From: Acidimicrobiales bacterium
Lineage (GTDB): Bacteria > Actinomycetota > Acidimicrobiia > Acidimicrobiales > AC-14
DNA: 64,000 nt
Direction of reading: 5' to 3'
Assembly: GCA_038214685.1 (NCBI GenBank)
Contig: JBBQRO010000001.1
Coordinates: forward strand, 15,729 to 79,728
Part shown: one piece after another, positions 58,041 to 64,000 of the stretch
How the letters are laid out: each line of letters starts with the position of its first letter
Position numbering within the stretch: the stretch's first letter is position 1
Notes under the pieces: generated by a model
Databases searched by the model: none
Seen by the model: the letters and a program-made list of their open reading frames with translations, nothing else
Told to the model about the DNA's origin: nothing
Made by a program: the position numbers and the translations under genes

Positions 58041-60428
58041 ATGCGGGTCCCGCTCTCTTGGCTCTGTGACTTTGCCCCGCTCGTCGGAGATCCCTCCGAC
58101 CTCGCCGCCGCGCTCTCCGGACTTGGGCTGGTCGTGGAGGGGGTAGAGACCATCGGGGAGGGCCTGGCTGACGTGGTGGTCGCACGCGTGCTCGCCACCC
58201 GGGCCCATCCCAATGCCGACAAGGTCCAGGTGGTCGATGTCGACGCCGGCGACGGGACCGACCTGCAGATCGTGTGCGGTGCGTTCAACTTCGCCGCCGG
58301 GGACATGGTGCCCCTCGCTCCCGTCGGGGCCCGGCTGCCGGGAGGCATGCGGATCGGCCGCCGCAACGTCCGGGGCCAGTGGTCCAACGGGATGCTGTGC
58401 TCGTCCACCGAGCTGACCCTGAGTTCCGACGGCGACGGCATCATGCTCCTCGACGCCGGCCTAGCGCCCGGAACGCCGCTCACCGAGGCCCTCGGGATCG
58501 TCGCCGACGTGGTCTTCGACCTCGACGTCACACCCAACCGCCCCGACGCCCTCTCAGTTGCCGGCGTGGCGCGCGACCTGGCTGCCCACTTCAAGGTGCC
58601 GTTCGCCATTCCCGAGCTGCCGGCCACCGGCGGTGACGGCACCGGCGCCACCGTCACCGTGGTGGTCGAGTCGGCCGACCTCTGCCCCCAGTTCACCGCC
58701 ACCGTCCTGTCGGGAGTGACCATCGGGCCGTCGCCCCAGTGGATGGCCCAGCGCCTGACGCTGGCCGGGATGCGGCCAATCAACAACCTGGTCGACGTGT
58801 CGAACTACGTGATGCTCGAGCTGGGCCAGCCCAACCACCCCTACGACCTCGACCGGCTGCCGGGACGGGGCTTCCTTGTGCGCCGGGCACGCGACGGAGA
58901 GACTCTCGTCACCCTCGACGACGCCGAGCGCGTCCTCGGCCCCGACGACTGCCTCATCTGTGACGCCGAAGGCGCCGGCGTGGGCATCGCCGGCGTCATG
59001 GGCGGGGCGTCGAGTGAGATCAGCGCGGCCACCGCCACGGTGGCCCTGGAGACTGCGTGGTTCGATCCCGTCGCCATCGCCCGCACCTCGAAGCGACTGG
59101 GTCTGCGCACCGAGGCGTCGGTGCGATTCGAGCGCGGCGTCGACCCCGAAGGGGTGGCCCGGGCCGTGGCCCGCTTCTGCCAGCTGGCCGGCGAGGTGGC
59201 GGGCGCGTCGGTGACCGGTCCCATGGTCGACGTGCAGGTCGACCTACCCCGACCGGGCCGGGTGGTGCTGCGCACGACGCGGGTCAACGCCATCCTGGGC
59301 ACCGACCTGTCGGCGGCCGACGTGTCGGGGCACCTGCAGCCCATCGGCTTCCGCTGTACGCCAACGGGCGAGGGCGACTTCCGGGTCGACATTCCCTCGT
59401 GGCGACCGGACTGCGCGCGGGAGATCGACGTGATCGAGGAGGTGGCCCGCCATCACGGCTACACCCAGATCGCCCGCACCCTGCCAGCCATCACCCAGGT
59501 CGGCGGGCTCACGCCGTACCAGCGCCACCGTCGGGCGGTCAGGGAGGTCCTGGTGGGCGCCGGCCTGTCCGAGGCATGGGCCACGTCGTTCCTGTCCGCC
59601 GACGACCTGGTCCGGGCCGGCCTGCCCCCCGAAGCGGTCGAGATCGAGAATCCCCTCACGGCGGAGGAGTCGATCCTGCGGCCGTCGCTGCTGCCAGGCC
59701 TCCTGCGGGCCCTCGCCGCCAACGCCGGCCACCGCCGCCCCGACCTCGGCCTGTTCGAGATCGGGCACGTGTTCCTGCCGCCGGCGCCGGAGGGCGAGCA
59801 GCTCCCGGTCGAACCCGAGCGCCTCGCCTTCGCCCTGGGCCGGCGCGACGCTCATGACGCGGTGCGCATCTGGAACCTGCTCACCGACGGCATGCGCCTG
59901 GTCGACGTGTCACTGGAGGCGGCCCCAGTGGTCGGCCTCCATCCCACCCGCAGCGCCGTGGTCGTGGCCGGGCGCCGGACAGTGGGCGCCATCGGCGAGA
60001 TCGATCCGCAGGTGCTGGCCGCCCACGGTATCGAGGGCCGGGTGGGCTGGTTGGAGGTCGACCTGGAGGCGCTGCTCGCCACCTCCCGCCGCCCCGCCGA
60101 CTACCGGCCGGTCAGCCGGTTCCCCTCGGCCGACATCGACCTTGCCTTCGTGGTCGAAGAGCCGGTGCCGGCGGCCGCTGTCGAACGGACCCTGCGCCGG
60201 GCGGCGGGCGACGTGCTCGAGCGCATCGAGCTGTTCGACGTCTTCCGCAGCGCCCAGATGGAGGGCCCGAGCGGCCCTGCGAGCGGTAAGCAAGGGGTGC
60301 GGAGCCTGGCCTGGCGGCTGCGCTTCTCGACCCTCGACCACACCCTGACCGAGGACGAGCTGACTACCCTTCGCCTCCGCTGCATCGAGGCCGTCACCGC
60401 CGCCCATCCCGCCCGCCTGCGGGGCTGA
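58041..60428 (+). CDS. pheT: phenylalanine--tRNA ligase subunit beta
   Basis: It starts MRVPLSWLCDF and has the tRNA-binding domain (HPNADKV…VCGA.N) plus B3/4, B5 and FDX-ACB regions. Confidence 0.96.
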   Translation: MRVPLSWLCDFAPLVGDPSDLAAALSGLGLVVEGVETIGEGLADVVVARVLATRAHPNADKVQVVDVDAGDGTDLQIVCGAFNFAAGDMVPLAPVGARLPGGMRIGRRNVRGQWSNGMLCSSTELTLSSDGDGIMLLDAGLAPGTPLTEALGIVADVVFDLDVTPNRPDALSVAGVARDLAAHFKVPFAIPELPATGGDGTGATVTVVVESADLCPQFTATVLSGVTIGPSPQWMAQRLTLAGMRPINNLVDVSNYVMLELGQPNHPYDLDRLPGRGFLVRRARDGETLVTLDDAERVLGPDDCLICDAEGAGVGIAGVMGGASSEISAATATVALETAWFDPVAIARTSKRLGLRTEASVRFERGVDPEGVARAVARFCQLAGEVAGASVTGPMVDVQVDLPRPGRVVLRTTRVNAILGTDLSAADVSGHLQPIGFRCTPTGEGDFRVDIPSWRPDCAREIDVIEEVARHHGYTQIARTLPAITQVGGLTPYQRHRRAVREVLVGAGLSEAWATSFLSADDLVRAGLPPEAVEIENPLTAEESILRPSLLPGLLRALAANAGHRRPDLGLFEIGHVFLPPAPEGEQLPVEPERLAFALGRRDAHDAVRIWNLLTDGMRLVDVSLEAAPVVGLHPTRSAVVVAGRRTVGAIGEIDPQVLAAHGIEGRVGWLEVDLEALLATSRRPADYRPVSRFPSADIDLAFVVEEPVPAAAVERTLRRAAGDVLERIELFDVFRSAQMEGPSGPASGKQGVRSLAWRLRFSTLDHTLTEDELTTLRLRCIEAVTAAHPARLRG

Positions 60429-60433
60429 CCCGC

Positions 60434-60886
60434 CTACTGCCAGGCGACGATCGCGCCCTGGGCCGCGTCGTATCTCTCGCGGGCGGTCTTCATCTCCCGC
60501 TGGGCCTTCTCGATGATCGAGGCGTCGCTGGCCACCCGGGCCCCTTCCACGCAGGTCGCCACCGCGGTGCCCGTTGCGTCGAGCGCAGCGCGCATCGCTG
60601 CGTCGACGGTGGCGTCGGGCACGGGCAGCGCCTCGCGGGCGTCGGCCAGATCCTCCTGCAGCTGGGTGCACTCCGACAGCACCACCGGGCGCTGGCCGGC
60701 GTTGAGGGCCTGCACCGAGCGGTCAAGGTCGTCGCTCACCACCGAGACGATGCTGGCGTACTTCTTCTCCCAGTCCGCCTTGTTAGTGGCCGCGCCCTCG
60801 TCGGAGCCGCCGCCACATGCCCCGCTCAGGAGGCCGACCACGACGATGGCCAGACCGAAACGAGTTGAATGATTATTCATCATCAT
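60434..60886 (-). CDS. hypothetical lipoprotein
   Basis: It has a signal peptide with a lipobox (VVGLLSGAC) and a helical mature part. It is convergent with pheT, with only 5 nt between the stops. The 5' end is AT-rich. Confidence 0.65.
   Translation of the reverse strand: MMMNNHSTRFGLAIVVVGLLSGACGGGSDEGAATNKADWEKKYASIVSVVSDDLDRSVQALNAGQRPVVLSECTQLQEDLADAREALPVPDATVDAAMRAALDATGTAVATCVEGARVASDASIIEKAQREMKTARERYDAAQGAIVAWQ
60866..60879. promoter_or_regulatory. ARG box (ArgR operator core TGAAT-N4-ATTCA) upstream of argC
   Basis: TGAATGATTATTCA lies 22-35 nt upstream of the argC GTG. It matches the enterobacterial ARG-box core at 13 of 14 positions. It sits inside the first codons of the divergent lipoprotein gene. 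Confidence 0.6.
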
Positions 60887-60900
60887 GTATTATCAGTCCC

Positions 60901-61923
60901 GTGGTTCGGGTCGGGGTCGTCGGAGCATCGGGCTATGCGGGGGCCGAGCTCCTGCGCCTGTGCCACTCCCATCCCGACCTGGACGTGGCGTGGGCGACGG
61001 GCGACACCCAGGCCGGGACCCTAGTCGGCGCTCTCTATCCGAGCCTGGCTGCCGCTTATCCCGGCCTGGCGTTCGAGACGTTCGACTCGGCGGGGGTGAA
61101 CCATGTCGACCTGGTCTTCCTGGCCCTGCCCCACGGCGCGTCGCAGCGCCTGATGCCCGGGCTGCTCGACGCCGGCGTGAAGGTCGTCGACCTGGGCGCC
61201 GACTTCCGGTTACGCGACCCGCCCGTCTACGAGCGCTGGTACGGCGAGGCCCACGTGGCGCCCGAACTGCTCGACCGGTTCGCCTACGGGCTGCCCGAAC
61301 TGCACCGCGACCACATCGTCACGGTCGACGCAGTGGCCTCCGCTGGGTGCTACCCCACGGCTGTGGCCCTGGCCCTGGCCCCCCTCTCCGCCGTCGGGGC
61401 CATCGAGTCGAGCGGGATCATCGTCGACGCGGCCAGCGGGGTGTCGGGGGCCGGGCGGGCGCTCAAGCACGGCACCCACTTCGGCACCGCCAACGAGGAC
61501 TTCACCGCCTACGGCCTGCTCGACCACCGGCACACCCCGGAGATGGAGCAGTCCGTCGGCGCCACCCTGCTGTTCACCCCCCACCTGGCGCCGATGACCC
61601 GGGGCATCCTGGCCACCTGTTACGCCCGGCCGGCTACCGGCGCCACCACGTCGACCGAGGAGGTCCTGGCCATCCTGGCCGGCGCCTATGCCAATGAGCC
61701 GTTCGTGGTCGTGTCGCCCACCAGCCCGTCGACCAAGGCCACCTGGGGTTCCAACGCCGTCCACCTCACCGCCCGGTACGACGGGCGCACCGGGTGGATC
61801 GTGGTCCTGGCCGCCCTCGACAACCTGGTGAAGGGCGCCTCCGGCCAGGCCGTGCAGTGCGCCAACCTGCTCCTTGGCCTCGACGAGACGTCGGGCCTCT
61901 CCTCGATCGGAGTGTATCCGTGA
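60901..61923 (+). CDS. argC: N-acetyl-gamma-glutamyl-phosphate reductase
   Basis: The motif VGVVGASGYAGAELLRL and the catalytic Cys context ASAGCYPTA are present. It starts with GTG 60901. Confidence 0.95.
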   Translation: MVRVGVVGASGYAGAELLRLCHSHPDLDVAWATGDTQAGTLVGALYPSLAAAYPGLAFETFDSAGVNHVDLVFLALPHGASQRLMPGLLDAGVKVVDLGADFRLRDPPVYERWYGEAHVAPELLDRFAYGLPELHRDHIVTVDAVASAGCYPTAVALALAPLSAVGAIESSGIIVDAASGVSGAGRALKHGTHFGTANEDFTAYGLLDHRHTPEMEQSVGATLLFTPHLAPMTRGILATCYARPATGATTSTEEVLAILAGAYANEPFVVVSPTSPSTKATWGSNAVHLTARYDGRTGWIVVLAALDNLVKGASGQAVQCANLLLGLDETSGLSSIGVYP

Positions 61924-63074
61924 GTCAGCACGTCCCTGGCTTTGTCGCGTCCGGTATCGCCTGCGGCATCAAGGAGAGCGGCGCTGCCGACCTGGCCCTG
62001 GTAGCCACGGCCGACGGACGGCCCGTGCCGGCGGCCGCGGTCTTCACTTCAAACCTGGCGCCGGCCGCCCCGGTGCAGGTGAGCCGGGCCCACCTCGAAG
62101 CCACGGGTGGCTACGCGTCCGCCGTCGTCATCAACAGCGGCAACGCCAACGCCGCCACCGGCGCCACCGGGCGGGAACAGGCGGAGCGCACCTGCTCGCT
62201 CGTGGCCGAAGGCCTGGGCTGTCGGCCCGAGGAGGTGCTGGTGTGCTCGACCGGGCTCATCGGCATCCCGCTCCCGTTCGCCGCCCTCGAGTCGGGCATC
62301 GCCCCGGTGCTCGCCGCCCGCCATGAGGCCGGCTATCCCCACGCCGCCCTGGCCATGATGACCACCGACCTGAGCCCCAAGGACGTGCTCCACGCCGGCG
62401 ACGGCTTCGTCGTCAGCGGGATCGCCAAGGGGGCGGCCATGCTCGCCCCCGACATGGCCACCATGCTGGCCGTGCTGACCACCGACGCATCGGCGTCGCC
62501 CGCCGAGTTGCACGCCGCCCTCACCGCAGCCGTGGCCGGGTCGTTCAACGAGCTCTGCGTCGACGGGGCGACGTCCACCAACGACACGGTGATCGCCCTG
62601 GCCGCCGGGGGCGCCGGTCCCCGCACCGGACTGCCCGCGCTCATGGCCGACGTCTGCGCCGAGCTGGCCACCCTCATGGCCGACGGGGCAGAGGGCGCCA
62701 CCAGGCGGGCGCGTATACGGGTCACCGGCGCCGCCTCTGTCGACGACGCCCGGCGCGCCGCCCGCAAGGTGGCCGAGAGCCAGCTCGTGCAGTGCTCCCT
62801 GTACGGGGCCGATCCGTACTGGGGCCGCATCGTGAGCGAGCTGGGCAGCGCCGGCGCGGCCTTCGACCCCGACCGGGTCTCTATCTCCTACGGGGCGGTG
62901 GAGGTGTGCCGGGGAGGGGTGGCCAGTTCCCACGACGCGGCCGCAGCCAAGGCGGCCATCGGCGGCCGCGAGGTTGAGATCACCGCCGACCTCGGGCTGG
63001 GCGACAGCACGGCCGTGGTCACCTTCACCGACCTGTCCCCGGAGTACATCGCCGAGAACATGAGGACGTCGTGA
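61920..63074 (+). CDS. argJ: bifunctional glutamate N-acetyltransferase/amino-acid acetyltransferase
   Basis: Motifs GIACGIK and NSGNANA are present, with the autoprocessing site ATMLAVLTTDA. The start overlaps argC in a GTGA junction. Confidence 0.95.
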   Translation: MSQHVPGFVASGIACGIKESGAADLALVATADGRPVPAAAVFTSNLAPAAPVQVSRAHLEATGGYASAVVINSGNANAATGATGREQAERTCSLVAEGLGCRPEEVLVCSTGLIGIPLPFAALESGIAPVLAARHEAGYPHAALAMMTTDLSPKDVLHAGDGFVVSGIAKGAAMLAPDMATMLAVLTTDASASPAELHAALTAAVAGSFNELCVDGATSTNDTVIALAAGGAGPRTGLPALMADVCAELATLMADGAEGATRRARIRVTGAASVDDARRAARKVAESQLVQCSLYGADPYWGRIVSELGSAGAAFDPDRVSISYGAVEVCRGGVASSHDAAAAKAAIGGREVEITADLGLGDSTAVVTFTDLSPEYIAENMRTS

Positions 63075-63925
63075 GCCCGCAGTCGCTCACCAAGTCCGCT
63101 GTCCTGGTTGAGGCCCTGCCCTACATCCAGCGCTTCCGAGGCCGGGTGGTGGTGGTCAAGTACGGCGGGGCGGCCATGACCGATCCCGACCTGGCCGGGT
63201 TGTTCGCCCAGGACGTGGTGCTCATGCGGTCGGTGGGGATGCGGCCGGTGGTCGTGCACGGGGGCGGGCCGCAGATCGGCCAGCTGATGAACCGGCTGGG
63301 CAAGGTGGCGGAGTTCCGCGAGGGCCTGCGGGTAACCGACGCAGACACCCTCGACATCGCCCGCATGGTGCTGGTGGGCAAGGTCAATCGCGACATCGTG
63401 GCCGCCATCAACGTGCACGGGCCCCTGGCCGTCGGGCTCTCGGGTGAGGACGCCGGCCTGATCACCGCGTCGGCCCGCCACCCCGACCTCGGCTACGTCG
63501 GCAACGTGGAGGCCATCAACCCGGGCATCCTCGAGCGCCTCCTGGCCGAGGATCTCATTCCCGTGGTGGCCACCATCGGCACCGATCCGGAAGGCCAGGC
63601 GTACAACATCAACGCCGACACTGCCGCCGGCGCCCTGGCCGAGGCCGTCGGCGCCGAGAAGCTGGTGTACCTGACCGACGTGGTCGGCGTGCTGCGCAAC
63701 GTGGCCGACCCGTTCAGCCTGATCCCGACCGCCTCGGCCGACGAGCTCGACACCCTCGTCGAGGAGGGCATCCTCACCGGCGGGATGATCCCGAAGATCG
63801 CCTCATGCACCCGAGCGGTGCGCAACGGCGTGGCCCACGCCCACATCCTCGACGGGCGGGTACCCCACGCTCTGCTCCTGGAGATGTTCACCCGTGACGG
63901 CATCGGCACCATGGTCAGCGCATGA
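63071..63925 (+). CDS. argB: acetylglutamate kinase
   Basis: Motifs VVVKYGGAAM, VVHGGGPQI and NINADTAAG are present. The start overlaps argJ in a GTGA junction. Confidence 0.95.
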   Translation: MSPQSLTKSAVLVEALPYIQRFRGRVVVVKYGGAAMTDPDLAGLFAQDVVLMRSVGMRPVVVHGGGPQIGQLMNRLGKVAEFREGLRVTDADTLDIARMVLVGKVNRDIVAAINVHGPLAVGLSGEDAGLITASARHPDLGYVGNVEAINPGILERLLAEDLIPVVATIGTDPEGQAYNINADTAAGALAEAVGAEKLVYLTDVVGVLRNVADPFSLIPTASADELDTLVEEGILTGGMIPKIASCTRAVRNGVAHAHILDGRVPHALLLEMFTRDGIGTMVSA

Positions 63926-64000
63926 CGTTCCTCATGGACAACTATCCGCCCCAGCCGGTGACGTTCGTGCGGGGCGAGGGCAGCCGGCTGTGGGATGTCG
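63922..64000 (+). CDS. argD: acetylornithine aminotransferase, N-terminal fragment (continues beyond window)
   Basis: The start overlaps argB in an ATGA junction. The translation MTFLMDNYPPQPVTFVRGEGSRLWDV matches the ArgD N-terminus (…G.G..L.D) and the expected operon position. Confidence 0.8.
   Translation, partial: MTFLMDNYPPQPVTFVRGEGSRLWDV

Overview
The sequence is very GC-rich by eye (I did not compute the value). Gene content and order are typical of Actinomycetota. The unusually tight packing may point to an Acidimicrobiia-like lineage, but confidence in that is low.

The window is essentially one long plus-strand run of housekeeping genes: two DUF3048 paralogs, pdxST, yebC, ruvCAB, yajC-secDF, apt, relA, hisS-aspS, rarA, alaS-ruvX-mltG, aroE, a prepilin peptidase, aroCKBQ, an M24 peptidase, efp-nusB, pyrR-pyrB-pyrC-carAB-pyrD-pyrF, mihF-gmk-rpoZ-coaBC-metK-priA-def-fmt, mog, ribD-E-BA-H, hisG, a BNR-repeat protein, infC-rpmI-rplT, a TrmH-family methyltransferase, a PAS histidine kinase, pheST and argCJBD. 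Only three convincing genes lie on the minus strand. I found no rRNA, tRNA, CRISPR array, transposase or integrase.

I do not see a convincing new multi-gene defence or metabolic system. What stands out is non-coding architecture:
- Family 1 is a hairpin element, CGATGACCGGCCCGGGAGGCCGGTCCA. It supplies stop and start codons and is crossed by chains of short relay ORFs joined by NTGA overlaps, at ruvC/ruvA, ruvA/ruvB, the aroE 3' end, and the methyltransferase/kinase junction. The last site includes a 59-bp tandem duplication.
- Family 2 is a 46-48 nt palindrome, GAGTGTGGGCGAT...ATCGCCCACACTC, with four copies. Two inverted copies bracket a decayed DUF559 nuclease gene in a layout reminiscent of a REPtron.
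- Family 3 is a roughly 95-nt GC-rich element that fills two unusually long intra-operon spacers, carB-pyrD and pheS-pheT.

Recognisable regulatory sites are a LexA box on the ruvC start codon, a PyrR binding loop plus terminator upstream of pyrR, an ARG box upstream of argC, and an infC leader with a non-ATG start. Several essential genes (gmk, fmt, possibly priA) have no canonical start codon at the expected position. The main accessory insertions are a Uma2-family nuclease with a divergent unknown partner between nusB and pyrR, the DUF559 cassette, and the BNR-repeat surface protein.

All calls come from reading the sequence and the supplied ORF track, with no database search.
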